Source: Conexivisphaerales archaeon (GTDB lineage Archaea > Thermoproteota > Nitrososphaeria > Conexivisphaerales > DTJL01). From it: a stretch of 64,000 bases of DNA. The translations under genes were made by a program, and so were the position numbers. This document shows, in pieces, positions 37,146 through 45,624 of the stretch. The stretch is from positions 64,001 through 128,000 of the forward strand of contig JBEKZX010000001.1 in NCBI GenBank assembly GCA_049509455.1. Direction: 5' to 3'. The notes under the pieces were generated by a model. It made no database searches. It was not told where the DNA came from and saw only the letters and a list, made by a program, of their open reading frames with translations. Every line of letters begins with the position of its first letter. The first letter of the stretch is position 1.

Positions 37146-38258
37146 ATGAACTGTGCTAACTGCGGAGCGCAGCTTCCCGACGATGCATCATTTTGCTCCA
37201 AGTGCGGGAGTCCCACTAATCAGGCGGCCGGCATGGGCCAGCAGACCGGCGGCGGCTCGGCTTCACAATACGGAGGAGCTGCTCAAGCCGCTGCCTCCCC
37301 CCCGAGGCCAATCATCGCTGCTTCAGGAGTGACTTCTCTGAAGTGCCCCACCTGCGGCGCTCCTTTAACTCCCAAGTTCGGCGAGATGGTGATAACATGC
37401 GAGTACTGCGGGGCCAGCGTCACTTTGGGAGCCCAAGGATGGGCTGACATACAGAAGCAGACGATGCTCGCCCTCAAAATCGCCAGTACTGACCAGGTGA
37501 ATTCCATAATCAAGCCGCTGATGGACAACGGCCTTCTTCACAGACACCTCCAGGAGAACTCCACTCTGGAGGAGATGAGCCTCTCGTATGTGCCTTACTG
37601 GATCGTCAGCGTCTCCGCCCGTACGACCGTAGTCTGCGAGAATGTCGCTGCGCAGATTGGACAGACTGCCACGACCGCCGCACTGATGGGCATCATGTTT
37701 GGCGGGATGGGCGGTGGATTCGGAGGAGGAGGTCGCGGAGGCGGCCGCAGACGCGCTTGGGACACCAGCGGGATGAGATCTATAGGCTTTTTCGGCGGAG
37801 CCTTCCTTCCAAGTCCGATCATGGCCTTCGGAATGGGGATGGGATACGGTGGCGGGGGAATGAGGAAGACCGAGCAGATGGACGCGAACTACAGTTTCCC
37901 TGTGGTTGCACTGAAAGCGCTTACGGAGTATCAGCCGCGGAGCTATCAATTTGATCTTGAAGGCAGAACGCTGTTCGATATTACCAAGTTGCCCAAGAAC
38001 ATTAAGGTCCTTAACGGGGACATCAGCGAAGACGTTGCGAAATCCCAGGCGAAGACCTTGGTTGACCAGCTGCAATCGGACGGTGCGCACGCGAAATATC
38101 ACATGATTCAGCAGATAAACACCCAGTCGGACGTCGGGGATGCGGAGTTGCTTCACGCTCCGATATGGTTCGCCAGATATGATCACAAGGGGAAGAAGGT
38201 CGTGCTAGTGATCGATGCAAACTCCGGCAGGGTAATCAACAGCTTAGGTTTGGAGTGA
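37146..38258 (+). CDS. Hypothetical protein with multiple zinc ribbons and a Gly-rich central insert
   Basis: CANCG...CSKCG, CPTCGAPL...CEYCG, GGMGGGFGGGGRGGGRRR, C-terminal LLHAPIW...Y......IDANSGRV. Confidence 0.7.
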   Translation: MNCANCGAQLPDDASFCSKCGSPTNQAAGMGQQTGGGSASQYGGAAQAAASPPRPIIAASGVTSLKCPTCGAPLTPKFGEMVITCEYCGASVTLGAQGWADIQKQTMLALKIASTDQVNSIIKPLMDNGLLHRHLQENSTLEEMSLSYVPYWIVSVSARTTVVCENVAAQIGQTATTAALMGIMFGGMGGGFGGGGRGGGRRRAWDTSGMRSIGFFGGAFLPSPIMAFGMGMGYGGGGMRKTEQMDANYSFPVVALKALTEYQPRSYQFDLEGRTLFDITKLPKNIKVLNGDISEDVAKSQAKTLVDQLQSDGAHAKYHMIQQINTQSDVGDAELLHAPIWFARYDHKGKKVVLVIDANSGRVINSLGLE

Positions 38259-38363
38259 CGTGCAATCAATGGCGGCGGGATGTTGATTGCGATCGGCATT
38301 TCAAATTGAGGCGGTAGTCGATGATTCGGTCGGTTCAGACAGCCCGCACCTGATGGGAGGAGA

Positions 38364-39470
38364 ATGGACGGAATGAGGATTTCAAGAGTAATCATTATAG
38401 TTCTGGTGGTCGTCATAGTCGCGATAGCCGGTCTTTACGCATATACGAGCTTGTTCGCCCCTCAAACGAGCATTTCGCCATGGGATTCGGCAGCTGGGTA
38501 TCCCCTTCAGCTTGGCGGAACGTTCGCGGTGGCCGGACAGCAGTGCGTCAGCAACGGGGCGTACGTCTATTGCATCGGGGGACAGGATGCCAACGGCGGC
38601 CCGCGCAGCGAGGTGTACTCCTCCTCAGCGATCTCTTCGTCTTCCGCTAACGTCACCGGCTGGACGTCCGACTCCAATCAGTACCCTGTGACCATAAACG
38701 GCCAATCATGTGTGGTCTACTCCGGCTACGTGTATTGCGTCGGGGGGAGCTACGACAGCGGCGGCGATGACGTTGCCTCGAGTTATTTTGCGCCTCTGAG
38801 CAGTGGTGGCGTCGGAGGGAGCTGGAACTCAACAGCGTCGTATCCCATCCCGATAGACAGCCAGTCTTGCGTGGCTTCATCCGGATACATTTACTGCGTG
38901 GGCGGGAATAATGAGACAGACGGCACCAACGCCGACTCCATTGCGAGCAGCTCCGTCTGGTATGCCCAGCTCTCCTCTTCGGGCATCGGTAACTGGACCG
39001 CTTCGGCATCATATCCCTACAACCTCTATTTTTCGAGCTGTTCCGCGGCCAACGGCTACATCTACTGCCTGGGGGGCGCTGACAGCAGCGACAACGCTGT
39101 GAGCGCGGCCTACTCCGCACCTCTTTCCCCCGCTGGCGTGGGGACGTGGACGCAGACGACGGCTTATCCACTTCAAGAAAGTGGTCTGGCCTGCGCAATC
39201 TCATCGGGTTACATCTACTGTGTCGGAGGTCAGGGGCAACTGAACTCGTATACAAACGCCGTTTACTACGCTCCGATATCATCTGGAGGCATAGGGACCT
39301 GGGAAAAGGCGGCCAACTACCCCCTGAGCGTGGAGACGACCTGCGTCATTTCTTCGGGCGATCTATACTGTATAGGAGGTTTCGACGGTAGCTCGGTGGG
39401 TGAGAACAACGCCGTACACTACATCTCCCTGGCTACGCTCTCTGGCGCGACCACGTCAGGCCAGGGATGA
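38364..39470 (+). CDS. Membrane-anchored Kelch-like six-bladed beta-propeller, Cys/Ser/Gly-rich
   Basis: N-terminal TM helix followed by six repeats of W...(A/Q)YP......C....GY(I/V)YC(V/I/L)GG. Confidence 0.8.
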   Translation: MDGMRISRVIIIVLVVVIVAIAGLYAYTSLFAPQTSISPWDSAAGYPLQLGGTFAVAGQQCVSNGAYVYCIGGQDANGGPRSEVYSSSAISSSSANVTGWTSDSNQYPVTINGQSCVVYSGYVYCVGGSYDSGGDDVASSYFAPLSSGGVGGSWNSTASYPIPIDSQSCVASSGYIYCVGGNNETDGTNADSIASSSVWYAQLSSSGIGNWTASASYPYNLYFSSCSAANGYIYCLGGADSSDNAVSAAYSAPLSPAGVGTWTQTTAYPLQESGLACAISSGYIYCVGGQGQLNSYTNAVYYAPISSGGIGTWEKAANYPLSVETTCVISSGDLYCIGGFDGSSVGENNAVHYISLATLSGATTSGQG

Positions 39471-39595
39471 ACAAGATGGTCTTGTCCGCGTGATTTCTCG
39501 GCGCGTCGTGAAATCCGCAGGTGCCCGAGCATGAAGTTCCATCGCCGTCAGCCGCCAAGTTGACGGTTCCGTCTTGGAATCTGAAACCCGCGGAT

Positions 39596-39617
39596 ACTGA
39601 GTGATACGTCACTCAGT
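39596..39617. repeat. Perfect 9-bp inverted repeat ACTGAGTGA-TACG-TCACTCAGT
   Basis: Read directly from the sequence; part of a hairpin-rich intergenic stretch. Confidence 0.85.
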
Positions 39618-39681
39618 CCAGTGAATAGAGACTCCATATCTATCTGCCGCTGGAGGGAATTACAATGGGGATCGGCCCAGG

Positions 39682-39900
39682 TCATGCTCGCAAGCGTTGG
39701 GCCAACGGGCCCCGACTAAAGCGTGGTTCTCTACGGATAGGGGGGAGACTCGCATGCAAACAGTCAAAGCAGATGATGTGTTCCTTGCCAGCGGGAACTC
39801 TTTCCACCATCTTTCCGACTACATCATGTCCGCATAGTGTCCTCCGATCGAACGGGACCAGGTGCCACTTGGGGCTTGATTTCGTCCTGCCATATCTCAT
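39682..39900 (-). CDS. Small putative zinc-finger protein (H..C..CxxC)
   Basis: WHLV....TLCG...IICFDC spacing; ATG start; fills an otherwise empty gap. Confidence 0.45.
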   Translation of the reverse strand: MRYGRTKSSPKWHLVPFDRRTLCGHDVVGKMVERVPAGKEHIICFDCLHASLPPIRREPRFSRGPLAQRLRA

Positions 39901-39974
39901 ATTAGACGCCGTTAGTTAGAGCGCCGTCGCGTTATTTCAATTCTCTGTTGGGCCAGGTCATCTGTATAGTCCGC

Positions 39975-40268
39975 TCAATAGTCGCCTATCTGCCTTCCCG
40001 ACCCTACGACCAAAGCGATGCAATCGCCCACCACTTCGCCCAAGAAAAAAGAAATCAGATGCAACATGCTATCCAGTGAGAAGACGGACATCACTGACTG
40101 GACGGCCTGCTGCACGGTTGGGTTCACCTGTCCTTCGTGGATGGCCCAGAGGATTGGTACGACGATACCTGTTAATCCGACTACGGTGGTGAGAAACACT
40201 CCCCACCTGGCGCCAGCCCTCCCCCCTAGGAATAGACCCACGAATGCCATGAAAATGACGAAGAACAC
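39975..40268 (-). CDS. Small hydrophobic membrane protein, possibly 5'-truncated
   Basis: Two to three TM-like segments. The frame stays open for about 21 more codons upstream with no ATG. Confidence 0.45.
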   Translation of the reverse strand: MFFVIFMAFVGLFLGGRAGARWGVFLTTVVGLTGIVVPILWAIHEGQVNPTVQQAVQSVMSVFSLDSMLHLISFFLGEVVGDCIALVVGSGRQIGDY

Positions 40269-40324
40269 GTCACCGAAAAGGGAGAAGAAATCAGTCGAGA
40301 ACGAGTCCCAGACCCAAACGATCT

Positions 40325-40987
40325 CTACGTTTCAGCCTTCAAACTCGGAATGATTTCGTTCTCCACCCAAACCTTCCCTGGCCCGGTCAGTCGATATCCG
40401 GTTGGCTCCCTGATGACATAGTTCGGCAGCTTGTACCTAGATTTGACGGTGAAGCAAGCATAGGTATTGTTGATCTTGATGCGTCTGAATCCACGATTGA
40501 TGAGACGGTCAACCTGATTAGGGCCGATGGGCTCGCCAATTTCGTAAAGCAGCAAACCGATGGCTTCTTGGAAGCTCAGCTTTCTAACAGCTATTTCTGG
40601 GAATCTGACCTCGGTCTTGCTGAACTCCAGCACCCCTGCAATACCCTTTGGAGGCAACTCTACATCTGGAAACTGTCCGCCTGTAGCGACCACGGAAGTC
40701 TTACTTGGCTTCCCTTTGACCGCCTTCGGAATAGGCGATGCATCAGTAGCACTTGCCTTGAATGAACGGGACGCTTCTATGAGCTCGTTCTTGTACATTG
40801 AGACTGTGCTCAGAGCATTCTTGATACTCGCAATGAAGGCTTCAGAGGAGACATCGGCTGTCTTCGTTGCCTTGACTCGAAACTTCATCCCATCTAGCTC
40901 GAGCTCCAGGATGACATCGACCGGAATCGGTTCCGGTCCCTTGGTCATTTCAGTTGCCTCCTTCACCCGTCGGCAACGTGTACCCAT
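40325..40987 (-). CDS. Hypothetical protein with a C-terminal winged-helix-like domain
   Basis: LSFQEAIGLLLY...EPTGYRLTGPGKVWVE is a typical wHTH wing ending; overlaps the upstream gene. Confidence 0.6.
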   Translation of the reverse strand: MGTRCRRVKEATEMTKGPEPIPVDVILELELDGMKFRVKATKTADVSSEAFIASIKNALSTVSMYKNELIEASRSFKASATDASPIPKAVKGKPSKTSVVATGGQFPDVELPPKGIAGVLEFSKTEVRFPEIAVRKLSFQEAIGLLLYEIGEPIGPNQVDRLINRGFRRIKINNTYACFTVKSRYKLPNYVIREPTGYRLTGPGKVWVENEIIPSLKAET

Positions 40988-41642
40988 AGATTCCTCCTTC
41001 CTTCACTCTCCGAAGCCTGTTTGAGCGAACGAGATATGTCAGAGCGCCTGTGATGCTGCCTTGGCTGAAATGCTGAGCATTGGACTTCATCGCCTCATCA
41101 ATCTCATGCCAGGTTCTTGGTCTCTTACGACCCCAAACGCTTGAAAGAGATTTGATGATTGCGTCATTGAGCCCAGCAGGATTCCCAATATCCGGTAGCT
41201 CCTCCGGCGACAGGTCCGTTTCTTGGTTTGCAAGCACATATGCGGAGCCCGACAGGTTGTCAAGAAGCTGACCAAGCAGAGAGTATACTATTCTGAACTC
41301 TCCACGGCCGGAGCGCTCGACATATCCGTCCGAGGCAAGCTCCGATAGCCTCTTGGAAAGAGCAATTGCGTCCACCCCAGTTTCTCTAGAAAGCTCTTCA
41401 AGGCTCATAGTGTCAGATTCAGTCTTGCCCAGTTTGAAGGCGAAGAACCGTCCGGCGAGGAACAACGATGCCAGCTCCTTCTGGCCGAGCTGACTCTTGG
41501 GTACCTGAAGAATGGTGCGTCCGCTCTTCTCTTCGATTGCAATATAGGGTTTGGACTTGGAGACGACCCTTCTGAGGATCTCCATATCATTGACGACCAG
41601 CTCACCCAAGATCTCCTTCTCTGACATAGTATCCATGCCCAT
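40950..41642 (-). CDS. Hypothetical protein with two winged-helix-like domains
   Basis: MSLEELSRETGVD..ALSKRLSELASDGYVERSGRGEFRI, and PRTWHEI...SITGALTYLVRSNRLRRVKEGGIYGY. Confidence 0.65.
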   Translation of the reverse strand: MGMDTMSEKEILGELVVNDMEILRRVVSKSKPYIAIEEKSGRTILQVPKSQLGQKELASLFLAGRFFAFKLGKTESDTMSLEELSRETGVDAIALSKRLSELASDGYVERSGRGEFRIVYSLLGQLLDNLSGSAYVLANQETDLSPEELPDIGNPAGLNDAIIKSLSSVWGRKRPRTWHEIDEAMKSNAQHFSQGSITGALTYLVRSNRLRRVKEGGIYGYTLPTGEGGN

Positions 41643-41654
41643 GGATTAAGTCTT

Positions 41655-41733
41655 ATTTAAAGCTCTAGGGTGGCCCATGTATTCAGCGCCGTTTGCATCA
41701 TCTTCAGAGGGGCATCTCATACATGGAGATGCC
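41655..41733 (-). promoter_or_regulatory. TATA box plus an 8-bp inverted repeat upstream of the wHTH pair
   Basis: Minus-strand TTTAAATA at 41662-41655; GGCATCTC-ATACATG-GAGATGCC at 41711-41733. Confidence 0.5.
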
Positions 41734-42008
41734 AGTAAGTGCGCAAGCAAACCGTAACCAGATATATCGAAACGACATCAATCTGATTACTGAAGGCCCG
41801 CGTGAAATGCGTTAATCGACCCAGGGTTAATTCGGGAAGACCGCTAGTGATTTGGTACGACTATGCATATGCGGCCGAACACCTTCTTGGAGGATAGTCT
41901 GCTCGCCTGAATCCCCGTCGTCATCGCCAGGGAGGTGGAACCATCGCAGTACGCGACGTCTGGAGCTAGACGGACCTAACGCTGCAGGCCGGGCCGTCGG
42001 TCGGATTC

Positions 42009-42159
42009 GTACGGGGACGTACTAGCCTGATTCAACGACGGGCTTCGCAACCGGCCTCGCAATTCTTCAGTCCTTCCCCTGAGCCTTGCCCGACCACTTC
42101 ATCCTAGTGGGGGAATGCTTTAGTACGAGCTAGTACAGATTCACGGTACGAGGGTGTAC
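42009..42159. repeat. Three GTAC-N6-GTAC boxes (candidate operator or iteron array)
   Basis: GTACGGGGACGTAC 42009-42022, GTACGAGCTAGTAC 42123-42136, GTACGAGGGTGTAC 42146-42159. Confidence 0.7.
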
Positions 42160-42163
42160 GAAT

Positions 42164-42748
42164 TTGAAGGGAGCAAAACTACCCGAGGAACTGGTGAACG
42201 AAGCCAAGAAGCTCAGGATGGAGGGTGGCACGTACAGGGAGATAGCCGCCAAGCTTAACCTGAGGTCCCCCAGCTCGCTGCAGCCACATCTGAAAGGCAT
42301 CCCGAAAGGGAGAAGAGGAGGAACTGCAGTCATCGAGGTCCCTGTTGACCATGGCCAGCGGGTAGCTGAGGAGAAGGCTCACCGGGCGGAGACTACGGAG
42401 ACAGTTGAATGGAGTAAGACGATCGCGGAGGCCCTGTTGGAGGTGGCCCGGGCCGAGCAGAAACTAGTGCAAGAACTCGAGGCGGAGAGGGAGACCAGGG
42501 GGACGCAGCCTCACGCGGGAATCTACGACACCTTCACTTTGCAGCAGCGAGAGGCCATCAAGGACAGGCTTGACAAGTTGGAAAAGGTCGCTGCCGAGCG
42601 CAAGGACGCGCTGGAAGCCTTTGAGGCTCTCGTTACGAAAGTGAATGGTTTGGAATCAATAGATGCCGGTTTGATTGGGAACCAGGGGGCTCTCGCTAAG
42701 AGAGTGAGTGATTTGGAAGTCATAGTTGCCGGCTTGGCTATGAGATAG
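42164..42748 (+). CDS. Hypothetical HTH DNA-binding protein with a C-terminal coiled coil
   Basis: EAKKLRMEGGTYREIAAKLNLRSPSSLQPHL is HTH-like; the C-terminal half is heptad-rich. Confidence 0.65.
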   Translation: MKGAKLPEELVNEAKKLRMEGGTYREIAAKLNLRSPSSLQPHLKGIPKGRRGGTAVIEVPVDHGQRVAEEKAHRAETTETVEWSKTIAEALLEVARAEQKLVQELEAERETRGTQPHAGIYDTFTLQQREAIKDRLDKLEKVAAERKDALEAFEALVTKVNGLESIDAGLIGNQGALAKRVSDLEVIVAGLAMR

Positions 42749-42879
42749 AAGCGCTAACACAGAGACCTATGGCGTCCTCAGGGGGTCCTACCCGTCCCTC
42801 TTCCTTTCCGTCATCAAGGCCGCTCGCTGCTACGCTCTCGGGCCCAACTCCGGCGACGACGAGGTTGCGGGCTTCGAGC

Positions 42880-43100
42880 GGTGAGCATGGCATAATCGTG
42901 CAGACTAGAACGGGAAAGGCTTCCGTTGAGGTCAAGAATCTCAAGAACCCTGTCTCCGGAGCGATGGTGGAGAAGTCCGCGAGGAAGGTCAGAAGAGACA
43001 GGAATATCGTGAAGAAGGGCATCTTCGTCTACAAGAGCTGCTTGGGACAAGCTCAACGATCCTGCAATTCCAGCTCCCTGAAGCTCTTAACATTCAGAAG
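42880..43100 (+). pseudogene. Possible degenerate fragment of an Mrr-like PD-(D/E)xK nuclease
   Basis: GIIVQTRTGKASVEVKNLKNPVSGAMVEK resembles D-x(n)-VEVK...PV...V of Mrr-like domains, but the first Asp and a credible start are missing. Confidence 0.3.
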
Positions 43101-43218
43101 AACATGCTCGATGGGCTCAGGTCGGCACCTTGAGTCGACTCCATGATACGGACGGAAAGGCGCTTCGGAGTGCGAGACGAGCAAGATTAAACTATCAGGG
43201 GAGCCGCCGCAATCTGTC

Positions 43219-44142
43219 TTGAATGAAGGGGAGCTGGTTTGCATCGACCTGACGAAGGTCTACAGCGACTCCGGGGGCAGAAGGGCTCTCGACTCGGTGA
43301 CCCTGACCGTCCCTTCTCACGGGATATTCACGTTGATCGGAAGGAACGGGGCCGGGAAGACCACCCTCGTTCGCATACTCGCGACCCAGCTTGAGCCGAC
43401 CTTCGGCTCGGCGTCCATCAATGGGATTGACGTCATGAAGGAAGCCAAGAAGCTGAGGGAGAGGATAGCGATAATCCCCCAAGAGGCCAGGGCCATCCCC
43501 TGGCTGACGCCCCTGCAGACCGTCGTGGCCTATCTGCTCTGGAGGGGGCTAGGCTACGGAGAGGCGAAGAAGCGAGCCGAAGAAGCCCTCGCCAGGGCGG
43601 GGGTGGGGCAATACTCCGGGACGGTGAACAGGAAGCTCTCCGGAGGGCTCAAGAGGAAGGTTCTGGTGGCTACGGCGCTGGCTGCGGACGCGGAGATCAC
43701 CTTCCTTGACGAGCCGACGACGGGGCTGGACCCGATTTCCCGCAGGGAGCTGTGGAAGTCCCTGGACGAGATAGCCAAGGATCGCTTCCTCATACTGACC
43801 ACCCACTACCTTGAGGAGGCGGAGCACCTGGCGAACACCATAGGGATCCTCGACCAGGGGAGGCTGCTCGGGCTCGGCTCCTTGGACTATCTGAGGAGCC
43901 TGGTGAAGTACGAGTACAGCATCAGGTTTCCTACGATGCAGGAGACCCCGTCCTTAGAGGCGGGGGTCGTCACCAGAGGGAGGGACGGACAGACGCAGAT
44001 CCTGACCGACGAGCGGGAGGCTTACAGGGTGTCGAAGGAGCTGCTGGAGATAGGGGCGAAGTTCTCCATAAACAGGATTTCGCTGGACGGCATCTTCTTC
44101 AGCTTGGCGGGCTCCATCGTCGACGAGGAGGAGCAGGAATGA
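43219..44142 (+). CDS. ABC exporter ATP-binding subunit
   Basis: GRNGAGKTT, LSGGLKR, FLDEPTTGLD, TTH. Confidence 0.93.
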   Translation: MNEGELVCIDLTKVYSDSGGRRALDSVTLTVPSHGIFTLIGRNGAGKTTLVRILATQLEPTFGSASINGIDVMKEAKKLRERIAIIPQEARAIPWLTPLQTVVAYLLWRGLGYGEAKKRAEEALARAGVGQYSGTVNRKLSGGLKRKVLVATALAADAEITFLDEPTTGLDPISRRELWKSLDEIAKDRFLILTTHYLEEAEHLANTIGILDQGRLLGLGSLDYLRSLVKYEYSIRFPTMQETPSLEAGVVTRGRDGQTQILTDEREAYRVSKELLEIGAKFSINRISLDGIFFSLAGSIVDEEEQE

Positions 44143-44882
44143 AGCGGAGCGGGGGCGGCCAGATTCTCGCCGCCGTCTTGGTTAACGCCGTGTACGCGAT
44201 GGAGAACTACCCCGTGGTCCTCCTCAACACCGTGCTTTCGCCGCTCTCCTTTCTCCTCGTGATATTCTTCGTCAGCAGGGGGGCGCTCATAGGGGAGGCT
44301 ATCGAAGGGGCCTTCATAATGAGCATGTTCTCGAGTGGCATGGGACTACAGTCCGACCTTTCGCACCTGAAGAACGATTTCAAGGTGCAGGACATGGTGG
44401 TGAGCTCGCCCACGACGCCGACGCTGTACGTCGCCGGCATGGCCCTATCCGAGCTCGTATATTCGCTCCCCGCCCTGACCGTGCTGACGGTTCTCGCTGC
44501 CCTTTTCCTCCGTCCCAGCCTCATCGAGGCCGTCTCTCTCCTCGGGGTAATGCTGCTGATGTTCCTGGCGTCCGTCACTCTGGGCTTCACCCTCTCCACT
44601 TTCACCAGTGATATTCTACAGAGCTACGCTATGTCTAGCCTCATCTCCACGCTCTTCTCGACGCTGCCTCCCGTCTACTACCCCATCACCTACATCCCGC
44701 TTCCCTACAGGTACCTTGCATATCTCTCTCCCACCACCTATGCTGCGGGGATCGCCCAGAACGCCATGGGCTTCCTGCAGCTAAGTTCCACAGGACTGCT
44801 GGCGGACTGGGCGGTGCTGATAGGGGTAAGCCTCTGCCTGGCTTTGGTTGCGACAAGAAAGGCGAGATGGAGAGACGTCTGA
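44139..44882 (+). CDS. ABC-2 type permease
   Basis: About six TM segments, PPVYYPITYIP and SPTTYAA; ATGA overlap with the ATPase gene. Confidence 0.87.
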   Translation: MKRSGGGQILAAVLVNAVYAMENYPVVLLNTVLSPLSFLLVIFFVSRGALIGEAIEGAFIMSMFSSGMGLQSDLSHLKNDFKVQDMVVSSPTTPTLYVAGMALSELVYSLPALTVLTVLAALFLRPSLIEAVSLLGVMLLMFLASVTLGFTLSTFTSDILQSYAMSSLISTLFSTLPPVYYPITYIPLPYRYLAYLSPTTYAAGIAQNAMGFLQLSSTGLLADWAVLIGVSLCLALVATRKARWRDV

Positions 44883-44936
44883 ACGCCGGGGGGCGATCCC
44901 CGCCGAGCGTGCCCACAGACTTCCCCCTTCTCGGTG

Positions 44937-45518
44937 TCAGGATCGCTCGCCGATGGTGATTACCAGGAATCGGCTCATCCTGCGAGGCTGTGCCCGAACG
45001 ACCAGTCCTCCCCGGGCGAACATTTCAAGCACCCTCCGGGGATCGCTGGGCCAGAAATGGCGGGTGAACTTCGAGAGGCCGAAAGGCGGCCACAGGTCGG
45101 CGAGGAGGAGGCGGGAGCCTGGGCGAAGGACCCTGGCTATTTGCCGCAACCCCTGCTCCTGGGCCGGCCAGTGGTGAAAGGAGAAGGTGCTCAAGGCTAG
45201 ATCGATTGAGGCATCAGCCAGAGGGAGCGATTCGGCTCCGCTCACGTAGAAGGTGGCCCCGGGCAACAGCCGTCGAGCCACCTCCACGCTGCCCTTCTCG
45301 GGGTCGATGCCTATCAGCTCTGCCGAAGGGAAGAGGATCTTGGCCTTGCGCAGTAGCCCCCCCGTTCCGCAGCCGACGTCTAGGATGGTCCGCGGCCGCT
45401 CTTGCCTGTCAACGAGGCTGAGGATGATGTTGTGCGCCCGGTCGAAGAAGAAGTTCTGACTGGGCGACCCTCCACGTGGCGTCGGCCTGCGGTCGGACAA
45501 TTCGATTTCGTCGACCAC
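44937..45518 (-). CDS. Class I SAM-dependent methyltransferase
   Basis: ILDVGCGTG, GIDP, AESLPL...SIDLA...SFHHW, RVLRPG. Confidence 0.88.
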   Translation of the reverse strand: MVDEIELSDRRPTPRGGSPSQNFFFDRAHNIILSLVDRQERPRTILDVGCGTGGLLRKAKILFPSAELIGIDPEKGSVEVARRLLPGATFYVSGAESLPLADASIDLALSTFSFHHWPAQEQGLRQIARVLRPGSRLLLADLWPPFGLSKFTRHFWPSDPRRVLEMFARGGLVVRAQPRRMSRFLVITIGERS

Positions 45519-45624
45519 GCGCGCTTTTCACTGGGCCCTGGGCGACTAAGGAGACTATTTCTGGATATCTGTTTCTCCTGCCATCGAAAGGGACGGCGGC
45601 TGCTCTCGCCGTGGACGTTTTTTC

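Noticed and set aside
39480-39660. Hammerhead ribozyme or cobalamin riboswitch identity for the hairpin cluster
   Set aside because: CTGAGTGA does not fit CUGAnGA with correct stems on either strand, and the cobalamin B12-box elements are absent.
41880-42145. Long-range pairings (CCCGTCGT/ACGACGGG, GGTCGG/CCGACC, TGAATC/GATTCA) suggesting an ncRNA
   Set aside because: The helices are not clearly compatible in one fold and cannot be told from chance without computation.
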